Source: Azolla caroliniana
Lineage: Eukaryota > Plantae > Polypodiophyta
Assembly: GCA_043228905.1 (NCBI GenBank)
Contig: JBHGNT010000012.1
Location: 4,650,001-4,714,000, forward strand
DNA length: 64,000 bases
Direction: 5' to 3'
Positions 1-15,500 of the stretch are shown one piece after another (within the stretch, counting starts at the first letter, position 1; each line of letters opens with the position of its first letter). Under the pieces are notes generated by a model that saw nothing but the letters and a program-made list of their open reading frames with translations, ran no database searches and was not told the DNA's origin. Made by a program: the position numbers and the translations under genes.

Positions 1-3000
1 CCGGGGTCTTCAGCATCCGGCTCCGTAACCGGGGTCTTCATCATCCGGATCCGTAGCCGGGTACCCTTCATCCGGCTTCATGCCGGGTACTCTTCATCAC
101 CCGGTTCCGTAACAGCCTCCGGGCTTGCCGTCATTCATCTCCGGACATCCCATCCGGAGGGACCGAAATCCCAACAAACTCCCCCTTCACTTCGGCATGG
201 GATGTCTCTCCAACCCGATCCTCTTCCGGCATGCTTCCAGCTTGTCGGGTGTGAGCACCTTAGTCAGCATATCCGACCCGTTCTCGTCCGTGTGGATCTT
301 CGTCAGCACGAACTCCTTGTCTTCTATCCTTTCCCGGATCCAGTGGTATCTACGCTGGATGTGTTTCGTCCGGGAATGGTAGGCCTCGTTCTTCGCAAGG
401 TGGATGGCACTCTGACTATCGCAGTAGAGTCGGTACTCCTCCTGCCGGATACCGAGCTCTCTAATGAAGTCCTTCATCCATATTACTTCCTTGCCGGCTT
501 CAATAGCCGCCATGTACTCCGCCTCCGTGGTTGACAACGCAACCGTCTTCTGCAACCTCGACTGCCACGAAACGGCTCCCCCTGCATATGTCATTACATA
601 CCCTGATGTAGACCGGCTGGTATCCGCATCAGCCGACATGTCCGAATCGGTAAATCCATCGAGTTCGGGCTTACCGGAGCCGAATCGGAGGCACACGCTT
701 GCCGTGCCCTTCAGGTATCGGAGTATCCACTTGACCGCGTTCCAGTGCTCCTTGCCGGGATTGCTCATGTACCGGCTCACCACTCCGACTGCATATCCTA
801 TGTCTGGTCTTGTACACACCATTGCGTACATCAAGCTTCCTACGGCAGAGGCATATGGTATCTTCATCATATCCTCCTTTTCAACCTTTGTCTTGGGACT
901 TTGCTTGCCGGATAACTTGCAGTTTACCGGGAGGGTCGATCCGACCAGTCTTGCTTCCGACATGTTGAACCGTTGAAGCACCTTTGTCACGTACTTCTCC
1001 TGTGACACCCACAACTGCTTCTTCTTCCGGTCCCGTATGATGTGCATCCCTAGTATTTGCCTCGCCGGACCCAGGTCCTTCATTGAGAAGGTTCGGTGAA
1101 GAGCTTTCTTCAGCATCCGTATCTTGCCCTGGTCCCGTCCGACGATCAACATGTCGTCCACGTACAGGAGGAGTATTAGAGAGTCTCCTCCTTCGAACTT
1201 CTTCACAAACACGCAGTGATCGGACTGCGTTTTGTGGTACCCTTCGTCGGTCATGAAGGAGTCGAACTTCCGGTACCATTGTCGGTGAGCCTGCTTCAGT
1301 CCGCAAAGGCTCTTCTTCAACCGGCATACCAGGTGCTCCTTCCCTTTCTTCTCGAATCCTTCCGGTTGCTGCATGTAGATCTCTTCTTCGAGGTCACCGT
1401 GAAGGAATGCCATCTTCACGTCCATCTGTTCTACCTCGAGGTCCATGCTTGCCGCTATGCTCAGCACCGTCCGGATGGAGGTCATCTTCACTACCGGGGC
1501 AAATATCTCGTCGAAGTCGACGCCCTTCTTCTGCTGGAACCCCTTCACTACGATCCTGGCTTTGTATCTCGGGGGGTTTCCGGCATCTCCCGGTTTCAGC
1601 TTGAACACCCACTTGTTTCGAAGTGCCCGCTTACCTTTCGGCAACTCCACAAGTTCATATGTGTGGTTCTCATGCAGGGAATCCATCTCCTCCTGCATGG
1701 CACTCAACCACCTGCGGCTATGGGTGTCAAGCTTTGCTTCTTCAAAACTTTCCGGCTCCCCCTCGTCGGTTAGCAGCACGTGCTCTGGTTCCGGAAATCT
1801 CCGGGGGGCCCTTCTCTCTCTTAGAGGATATCTCCGTTCCGGAGCTTCGGTAACCGGCTCCTCCGTTTCCTCTTCATCCGAATCCATTTCGGGATCGGGG
1901 CCGGTTCCGGTATCAGTTTCATCTTCCTCGGCCGGTTCTGTTTCTTCACCGTCTTTGGCCGGATCCTCGAGTGCTAACCGGTCTCTTGCCGGTCGGGACT
2001 GCTCTTCGTAGAGTTGATCCTCACCGGTTGACTTGGAGCTCTTCATCTTCTTCTCCGACTCCCAGTCGGCGAGTGTCTTGTCCTCCATGAAGATGATATC
2101 TCCACTCCTGAATATCTTCTTGTCGACCGGGTCCCATACTCGGTAGCCGAACTCGTCGTCGCCGTAACCGAGGAATATGCATGGCCGGGTCTTTGGATCT
2201 AACTTTCCTCTCCGGTCCTTTGCCACATGCACGTATGCGAGACACCCGAACACCTTCAGATGCCGGTAGGACACTTCCTTACCAGTCCACACTCTCTGGG
2301 GCGTGTCTCCGTCCAAAGGCACTGAGGGTGATCTATTCATCACATACGTCGCCGTCGACATTGCCTCAGCCCAAAATCCCTTGGGTAATTTCGCATGCGC
2401 CAGCATACTCCGGACCCTCTCCATTATGGTCCGGTTCATCCTCTCGGCCAGCCCGTTCAGTTCCGGCGTCTTCGGCACAGTAAACTCGAGCCGGATTCCC
2501 TTCGAGCGACAGTACTCCTGGAACTGCCCCCGGTATTCCCCTCCGTTATCCGCTCGTATCGCCTTCAGCTTCTTGCCGGATTCCCTTTCCACTCTCGCGT
2601 GAAGCTCTTTGAAGACGCACAACACTTGGTCCTTTGTCTTCAACGGTGCCGTCCACAGCTTCCGGTTGTGGTCATCAATGAATGTCACGAAGTATTGGGC
2701 TCCGCCATGTGACTTCGTTTCTACTTGACACACGTCAGTGTGCACCAGCTCCAATGGTGCGCTACGTCTCGTCGGTGGCCTTGAGTGGAAGGAGGTCCGG
2801 TTTTGCTTACCGGCCAGGCAGTCGGTGCACTTCTCCAGGTGCACATGCTTCACTGGAATAAGATTGTCTTCTGCAAGCCTCTTCATCCCCTTCTCACTCA
2901 TGTTGCACAGTCTCTTGTGCCACAGCTCACCGGCAGTGTCGGCAGCCACGTTCAGCTCCTCCGGACATAGCCGGGAATTCATCAGGTACAGAGTGTTGAT

Positions 3001-4958
3001 CTTCCGGGCCCGAGCCACTATCAGGCTCCCCTTGCTGAACTTCATGACACCGTTCCGGATGCTACCCGTGTAGCCTTCATCGTCTAGCCTCCCGACCGAA
3101 ATCAGGTTCAATCGAACCTTCGGAACGTGTCGGACATCCTTCAGCAGCATCTTGCATCCGGTTGATGTCATCAGCCACACGTCTCCTATGCCGGCAATCC
3201 GGCATGTACCTTCATTTCCCATCCGGACACAGCCGTGCTCACCGGTTGTGTAGGATGAGAAGTATTTCTTCTCCGGGGTCAGGTGGAACGACGCTCCGGA
3301 ATCGACCACCCAGGTCATTTCTACACCGGCAAGGTTCAGCTCCCTCTCTTCGGTAATGAGCATTATCTCTTCTTCACTTGCCGCGAGTGCCGTCGTTCCT
3401 TTCCGGTCCTGCCCTCGCCGATCCGGACCTCTTCGGTCCGTGGCTCCCCGGTATGCACCGTTTCTCTCCGGTGACTTCTTCGAATCGGTGTCGTCGGCTC
3501 CGTTGTCCTTTCGGTAATGCCGACAATTCTTCCGGAAGTGCCCCGGCTTCCCACAGTGGAAGCATGTGGGCCTTCCTCTTGACTGCGACCGGGTCCCCGA
3601 CTTCTCCCGTCTTTGCGGACTCCGGTTCCATTGTCTTCCCCGATCCGATTCGGTAAGCAGCGCCTTCGAGTCGGAGGCCGGTTCTTTATCTCTCCGACGC
3701 GCTTCTTCGTTCAAAATGCTTGTCTTTACCGTTTGTAGAGACAAGTTATCTTCGGTGCAGGAGGTGCTGAGAGTCACCACCAAGTTCTCCCAGCTTTCCG
3801 GCAATGTACACATCAGAATGATGGCTTGCATTGCATCCTCCAACGGGAACTTGATCGCCGCAAGCTGGTTCACGAATCCCATGAACGTGCTCACGTGTTC
3901 CACCATATTCTCGCCGTCCCGGTACTTGAGGTTCACTATCTTCCTCATCAGGGAGGTCCGGTTCAACGCATTCTTCCTCTCGTAGAGGCCCGACAGCTTC
4001 TTCCACATCTCATATGCGTTGGTGTCGTTCGCCACATGTTGTAGGACGCTTACATCGACATATTGCCGGATCGTCGCTACGGCTTTCCGGTTCAGGAGCT
4101 TCCACTCCGACTCTATTACTCCCTTGGGTATCTCGGCATTGTCGATCGGTTCGTACAGGTCTCGGACGATGAGAAGGTCTTCCATCTTTATCTTCCAGTC
4201 GGCGTAGTTCTGTGAGTTCAACACCATCATGCCCGGAGGCCCACTACCGCCGCCTTCCATTTTCTGTGTTACCGTCGCTCTGATACCAGTTTGTTGGAAA
4301 CAGCGCTCGGCCACAACCGAGGAATAGGATCAACTCACAGAAAACGGGAAAATACAAAGTGCACGAGGACAATTGAGAGAAGAGTACGCAGGATGTTTTA
4401 CGTGGAAAACCCTAAATGGGAAAAAACCACGGGAGTCCTCAAGCTCCAACTATCACTATACACAGAGATGTACAATGATGAAGCTACAAGGCAACAACCT
4501 TGAGCTCACTGTCTTCGCCACAGGCGGCGGCAGTACACAGAGGCAACGACCTCTTTGTCTCTCTCTCTCTCTCTCTCTCGCGGCTGCTCACTTTTCTCTC
4601 TCTCAGCTGAAAACATAAAAATGAGCAACAACATCAAACTGTTTGCCCTAAGTCATATTTATACACATATGACTTTCGGGCTATTTACAAATATAGCCTC
4701 AAGGGCCCTTGGCAAACATATTCACAAATATGTCCCCGCATCCGGATCTCTCTCCGGGTACATACGTCATCTGGCTCCGTAACCGGGGTCTTCAGCATCC
4801 GGCTCCGTAACCGGGGTCTTCATCATCCGGATCCGTAGCCGGGTACCCTTCATCCGGCTTCATGCCGGGTACTCTTCATCACCCGGTTCCGTAACAGCCT
4901 CCGGGCTTGCCATCATTCATCTCCGGACATCCCATCCGGAGGGACCGAAATCCCAACA
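1..4958 (-). mobile_element. Ty1/copia LTR retrotransposon A (Tnt1/Tork-like); 3' LTR runs off the left edge of the window
   Basis: 5' LTR at 4292-4958 (TG..CA). PBS TGGTATCAGAGC (tRNA-iMet) at 4277-4288 on minus. PPT AAGGGGGAGTT at 177-187. Partial 3' LTR at 1-176 matches the 5' LTR with one difference seen. Inserted into the gag of element B. Confidence 0.97.
187..4260 (-). CDS. Copia gag-pol polyprotein of element A (gag, zinc knuckle, protease, integrase, RT, RNase H)
   Basis: Uninterrupted ORF; ATG at 4260 just after the PBS. Motifs: CFHCGKPGHFRKNC, WVVDSGAS, LELVHTD, IRADNGGEY, LYVDDML, YCDSQSAIHL, TKHI. Confidence 0.95.
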   Translation of the reverse strand: MEGGGSGPPGMMVLNSQNYADWKIKMEDLLIVRDLYEPIDNAEIPKGVIESEWKLLNRKAVATIRQYVDVSVLQHVANDTNAYEMWKKLSGLYERKNALNRTSLMRKIVNLKYRDGENMVEHVSTFMGFVNQLAAIKFPLEDAMQAIILMCTLPESWENLVVTLSTSCTEDNLSLQTVKTSILNEEARRRDKEPASDSKALLTESDRGRQWNRSPQRREKSGTRSQSRGRPTCFHCGKPGHFRKNCRHYRKDNGADDTDSKKSPERNGAYRGATDRRGPDRRGQDRKGTTALAASEEEIMLITEERELNLAGVEMTWVVDSGASFHLTPEKKYFSSYTTGEHGCVRMGNEGTCRIAGIGDVWLMTSTGCKMLLKDVRHVPKVRLNLISVGRLDDEGYTGSIRNGVMKFSKGSLIVARARKINTLYLMNSRLCPEELNVAADTAGELWHKRLCNMSEKGMKRLAEDNLIPVKHVHLEKCTDCLAGKQNRTSFHSRPPTRRSAPLELVHTDVCQVETKSHGGAQYFVTFIDDHNRKLWTAPLKTKDQVLCVFKELHARVERESGKKLKAIRADNGGEYRGQFQEYCRSKGIRLEFTVPKTPELNGLAERMNRTIMERVRSMLAHAKLPKGFWAEAMSTATYVMNRSPSVPLDGDTPQRVWTGKEVSYRHLKVFGCLAYVHVAKDRRGKLDPKTRPCIFLGYGDDEFGYRVWDPVDKKIFRSGDIIFMEDKTLADWESEKKMKSSKSTGEDQLYEEQSRPARDRLALEDPAKDGEETEPAEEDETDTGTGPDPEMDSDEEETEEPVTEAPERRYPLRERRAPRRFPEPEHVLLTDEGEPESFEEAKLDTHSRRWLSAMQEEMDSLHENHTYELVELPKGKRALRNKWVFKLKPGDAGNPPRYKARIVVKGFQQKKGVDFDEIFAPVVKMTSIRTVLSIAASMDLEVEQMDVKMAFLHGDLEEEIYMQQPEGFEKKGKEHLVCRLKKSLCGLKQAHRQWYRKFDSFMTDEGYHKTQSDHCVFVKKFEGGDSLILLLYVDDMLIVGRDQGKIRMLKKALHRTFSMKDLGPARQILGMHIIRDRKKKQLWVSQEKYVTKVLQRFNMSEARLVGSTLPVNCKLSGKQSPKTKVEKEDMMKIPYASAVGSLMYAMVCTRPDIGYAVGVVSRYMSNPGKEHWNAVKWILRYLKGTASVCLRFGSGKPELDGFTDSDMSADADTSRSTSGYVMTYAGGAVSWQSRLQKTVALSTTEAEYMAAIEAGKEVIWMKDFIRELGIRQEEYRLYCDSQSAIHLAKNEAYHSRTKHIQRRYHWIRERIEDKEFVLTKIHTDENGSDMLTKVLTPDKLEACRKRIGLERHPMPK

Positions 4959-9529
<4,571 letters not shown>

Positions 9530-12520
9530 GAAACCTATGCCATTAAAGGACATATCCATAAGCTTTGTGCAAGGCTCAACCAATGTTGGATTCCTGGCGT
9601 TGGATATTCCTATGGAAGCGGAAGCATGGAAAGGAAAGGTAAATTTTCTAGTAGTTCCAATGATAGGATTTGATGTCATATTAGGATTGGATTGGGCAGA
9701 TAAGTATCTTATTGCACATTTCGGAAGGAGAATAGACAAAGTATTATTGGACAATTTGGATGGACACAATGGGGTGGTGGTAAGTCTTCATCGCCCAACA
9801 AATAAGCAAGTGGAATCAAGTAAGCAATCCAGTCCTCCTTTAGCATTATGTAGCGCCAAAGTGGCTAATCGTTCACTTAAAAAAGGAGGGCAATTATTTT
9901 TATGTACAACCATTGTCCACCATCAAGCAAATACAACATTGGAAGGACACAAAGGTAATCTAGTAATTCAACACCTAATAACTGAATTTAATGATGTGCT
10001 AACAACCAGGTTACCTCCTGGACTACCCCCTAAAAGAGCCATTGATCACAAAATCAACATACTACCGGGAAGCACACCACCAGCTAAAGCTCCATACAAG
10101 TTGAATGCAACTCAATTAGCAGAATTAAAGAAGTAATTGATCGAGTAGGAGACATATGGTTTCATCCACCTGAGCAATTCGCCATACGAGGCACCCATTA
10201 TATTTGTTGCAAAAAGGATGGAACAATGCGAATGTGTATGAACTATTGAGCACTCAACAAGATAACAATCAAAGGTAAATATCCATTGCCAGTCATTGAC
10301 AATTTACAGATCAATTGACAGGGGCACAATTTTTTACTCGCATCGACTTGAGGTCGGGATACCACCAAATCTGAGTTGTTGAAGGTGACATTGAGAAAAC
10401 AACTTTTCAGACAAGGTATGGTAGTTATGAATGGCTGATTATGAGTTTTGGGCTCATCGGTGCACTAGGAACATTTAGCCGCTTGGGCAATGATCTATTT
10501 CATGCTTTTCTTGATGAGTTTTTCATCGTATACATAGATGATTTGCTCATCTATAGCAAAACATTGGAAGAGCACGTGTTACATGTTAAGAAGGTGTTAC
10601 ATATACTGCGAGAAAACAAATTGTATGCTAACCCCAACAAATGTGAGTTTGCAGTACAAGATATTAACTTCTTAGGTTTCCAGGTAGGGAAACATGGCCT
10701 TCGCATGGATACAAGCAAGGTGGATGTTGTACGAAGATGGCCAATCCCAACTAAAACCATAGAAGTCCAACAATTTGTAGGTTTCGTGCAATATGTGCGT
10801 AAATTCATCAAGCATTTTAGTGCAATTGCAGCCCCCCTAACTAACCTAACTAAAGCTAAAACAGGTTTTAAATGGACAGCACTAGAACAAGATGCTTTCG
10901 AAAAACTCAAAGAAGCAGTGTGTTCACAACTAGTGCTTAAGTTACCAGATTTTACTAAACCATTTGAAATCCATACAGATGCTTCTGATGTGGCTTATGG
11001 TGTTGTGTTGATACAGGATGGACATCCGGTTGCTTGTGAATCCAAGAAATTTTCAGATATTGAAGTTAGGTGGCCTACTCATGAAAAAGAAATGCTTGTC
11101 ATCGTTTATGTCTTATGCAAATGGCATCATTATGTCCAAGATAAATTTACTAAAGTATTCACAGATAACATATCCTTGCAGTATTTTTAGTCCCAACCGA
11201 AGTTGTCCCCTAAACAAGCTCATTGGCAAGATTTTTTGGCAAAATTTGATTTTTGCATCAACCATAAAAGTGGTGCTCTTAATACTATGCCAGATGTTTT
11301 AAGTCGAATGCCTCATGCTTGTACCATTTTGGTAATCTCTGATTCTTCTTTGCTACAAGACATTCGAACAACTCAACAACATGATCCTTACACGCAACAA
11401 TTGATTTCCGATATGGAAATGCAACGTGCGGCCCATGGGTCACTCAGAATGCAACAAGGTCTATTAATGGTACATGGTAAGTGGTTTGTACCTAATATAA
11501 GGGAAATTAAGGCACTGATTTTGCAAGAAGCACATGATTGTAAGATGGCAGGGCATGGTGGTATTCATCGGAAACTCACCAACATCCGCCAACATTTTTT
11601 CTGGCCCCATATGGAGTTCGATGTAAAAGACTGCGTCCAATCCTGTGTGACATGCCAACAAGTCAAAGCTCGGCGTGGACAACCATTTGGATTACTACAA
11701 TCTATGGCAATACCCGCTCAACCATGGGATGTGGTGAGTATGGATTTCACAGTGGACTTGCCCATGTCAAGAGGTTATAATGCAACCATGGTGGTCATCA
11801 ACTATTTCTCTAAACAAGCTCACTTTGTACCAACAAAACCACCCCTCACAGCTCTCCAGGTAGCCAAATTGTTCTTCAAACATATCTTTAGATATCATGG
11901 CATGCCTGCGGCTATCGTATCAAATAGGGATCCGTGTTTTACTAGTCGATTTTGGCAAGAACTATTCAAATTGTTGGACACACAACTTTGAATGTCTTCG
12001 ACGGCTCATCCCCAAATTGATGGCCAAACGGAAAGGGTAAATCAGAGTCTTGAATACTACATTCATTGTTATGTGCAAGCAGATCAAAAAGATTGGGTGG
12101 ATCATATCGATATGCTGGAATTTTGTTATAACTCCTCTAAACATTCTACCACTGGGTTTTCTCCTTTTGAATTAGCTACAGGGAAGCAAGTCTTACTCCA
12201 TTGGCTTTGGTCTCTCATGTTGTTCAAGATAAAATTAAAGAGCCCGATGTCGTTCTTTTTCTAGTAGATTGGCAAGCAACAATGCGGGTTGCACAACAAG
12301 GATTACAACAATCAAAGGAAAGAATGGTTCAGGCAGCTAACAAAAAACGTCAACACATCTAATTTTTCAAAGGCGACTTGGTCCTCGTTAGTGCCGTTCA
12401 TTGGCCTTTACCTGGAGAACTCTCACCTAAATTTAACCATCATTATTATGGGCCATATGAAGTGCTACAAAGTTTTAATGGAGTCACTTACAAGCTCAAA
12501 TTACCTAGTTTTGTCAAGGT

Positions 12521-15500
12521 TGTTGGGATATCGGTCCCTCCGGATGGGATGTCCGGAGATGAATGACGGCAAGCCCGGTTACGGTTACGGAACCGGATGA
12601 AGATACAGGTCCGATGAGCGCACTCTCCGGATGATGAAGAATACCCGGTATGAAGCCGGATGAAGAGTACCCGGATACGGATCCGGATGATGAAGTACCC
12701 GGATACGGATCCGGATGAAGAATGTACCCGGAAAGAGATCCGGATGCGGGGACATATTTATAAATATGTTTGCCAAGAGCCCTTGAGGCTATATGTGTAA
12801 ATAGTCCGAAAGTCATATGTGTATAAATATGACTTAGGGCAAACAGTTTTATGTTGCTGCTCATTTTCTGTTTTTCACTTAGAGGGAGCGAAGTGAGAGC
12901 AGCCGAGAGAGAGAGAGAGAGTGAGAGAAACGAGGAGGTCGTTGCCTCTGTGTATTACCGCCGCCTGTGGTGAGGACAACGAGCTCAAGGTCGTCGCCTT
13001 GCAGCTCGCCATTGTATACTTCTCTGTATAGTGTTGGTTTGGAGTCTTGTACTCCCGTGGTTTTTTTTTCGTTTAGGGTTTTTCCACGTTAATACCTGTG
13101 TTATCGTGTCTCTCTCTGTGTTTCCTATTTTTTCTACTGCATTGATTCGAGATTTCTCGGTTGTGGCCGAACGGTGAAGAAGAATCGGAGCGTTGATTCG
13201 CAACAAAGTGGTATCAGAGCGACGGCAGTGCAGAAAATGGAAGGCGGCAGCAGCGGGCAGCCGGGGATGATGGTGCTGAATGCGCAGAACTACGCCGACT
13301 GGAAGATCAAGATGGAGGATCTTCTAATTGTTCGGGACCTGTACGAACCGATTGACAGGTCGGAAATACCGAAGGGGGTACTTGAGACGGAATGGAGGCT
13401 TCTGAACCGGAAAGCCGTTGCAACCATTCGGCAATATGTCGATGTAAGTGTTCTGCAACATGTGGCGAACGACACCAACGCATACGAGATGTGGCGGAAG
13501 CTGTCGGGCCTCTACGAGAGGAAGAATGCGTTGAACCGGACCTCCCTGATGAGGAAGATAGTGAACCTCAAGTACCGGGACGGCGAGAGTATGGTGGAAC
13601 ACGTAAGCACGTTCATGGGATTCGTGAACCAGCTTGCGGCAATCAAGTTCCCGCTGGAGGATGCAATGCAAGCCATCATTCTGATGTGTACATTGCCGGA
13701 AAGTTGGGAGAACTTGGTGGTGACTCTCAGCACCTCCTGCACCGAAGATAACTTGTCTTTACAAACGGTAAAGACAAGTATTTTGAACGAAGAAGCGCGT
13801 CGGAGAGATAAAGAACCGGCCTCCGACTCGAAGGCGCTGCTTACCGAATCGGAACGGGGAAGACAATGGAACCGGAGTCCGCAAAGACGGGAGAAGTCGG
13901 GGACCCGGTCGCAGTCAAGAGGAAGGCCCACATGCTTCCACTGTGGGAAGCCGGGGCACTTCCGGAAGAATTGTCGGCATTACCGAAAGGACAACGGAGC
14001 CGACGACACCGATTCGAAGAAGTCACCGGAGAGAAACGGTGCATACCGGGGAGCCACGGACCGGAGAGGTCCGGATCGGCGAGGGCAGGACCGGAAAGGA
14101 ACGACGGCACTCGCGGCAAGTGAAGAGGAGATCATGCTCATTACCGAAGAGTGGGAGCTGAACCTTGCCGGAGAAGAGATGACCTGGGTGGTCGATTCCG
14201 GAGCGTCGTTCCACCTGACCCTGGAGAAGAAATACTTCTCATCCTACACAGCCGGTGAGCATGGCTGTGTCCGGATGGGAAATGAAGGTACGTGCCGGAT
14301 TGCCGGCATCGGAGACGTGTGGTTGACAACCCCGACCGGATGCAAAATGCTGCTGAAGGATGTCCGACACGTTCCGGAGGTTCGATTGAACCTGATTTCG
14401 GCCGGGAGGCTAGACGATGAAGGCTACACAGGTAGCATCCGGAACGGCGTAATGAAGTTCAGCAAGGGGAGCCTGATAGTGGCTCGGGCCCGGAAAGACA
14501 ACACATTGTACCTGATGAATGCCCGGTTATGTCCGGAAGAGCTGAATGTGGCAGCCGACACTGCCGGTGAGCTATGGCACAAGAGACTGTGCCACATGAG
14601 CGAGAAGGGGATGAAGAGGCTTGCAGAAGACAACCTCATCCCAGTGAAGCATGTGCACCTGGAGAAGTGCACTGATTGCCTGGCCGGTAAGCAGAACCGA
14701 ACCTCCTTCCACTCAAGGCCACCGACGAGACGTAGTGCACCATTGGAGTTGGTGCACACTGACGTGTGTCAAGTAGAAACGAAGTCACATGGCGGAGCCC
14801 AGTACTTCGTGACATTCATCGATGACCACAGCCGGAAGCTGTGGACGGCACCGTTGAAGACAAAGGACCAAGTATTGTCCGTCTTCAAAGAACTCCACGC
14901 GAGAGTGGAAAGGGAATCCGGCAAGAAGCTGAAAGCGATACGAGCGGATAACGGAGGGGAATACCGGGGGCAGTTCCAGGAGTACTGTCGCTCGAAGGGA
15001 ATCCGGCTCGAGTTTACTGTGCCGAAGACGCCGGAACTAAACGGGCTGGCCGAGAGGATGAACCGGACCATAATGGAGAGGGTCCGGAGTATGCTGGCGC
15101 ATGCGAAATTACCCAAGGGATTTTGGGCTGAGGCAATGTCGACGGCGACATATGTGATAAACAGATCACCCTCAGTACCTTTGGACGGAGACACGCCGCA
15201 GAGAGTGTGGACCGGTAAGGAAGTGTCCTACCGGCATCTGAAGGTGTTCGGGTGTCTCGCATACGTGCATGTGGCAAAGGACCGGAGAGGAAAGCTAGAT
15301 CCAAAGACCCGGCCATGCATATTCCTCGGTTACGGCGACGACGAGTTCGGCTACCGAGTATGGGACCCGGTCGACAAGAAGATATTCAGGAGTGGAGATA
15401 TCATCTTCATGGAGGACAAGACACTCGCCGACTGGGAGTCGGAGAAGAAGATGAAGAGCTCCAAGTCGACCGGTGAGGATCAACTCTACGAGGAGCAGTC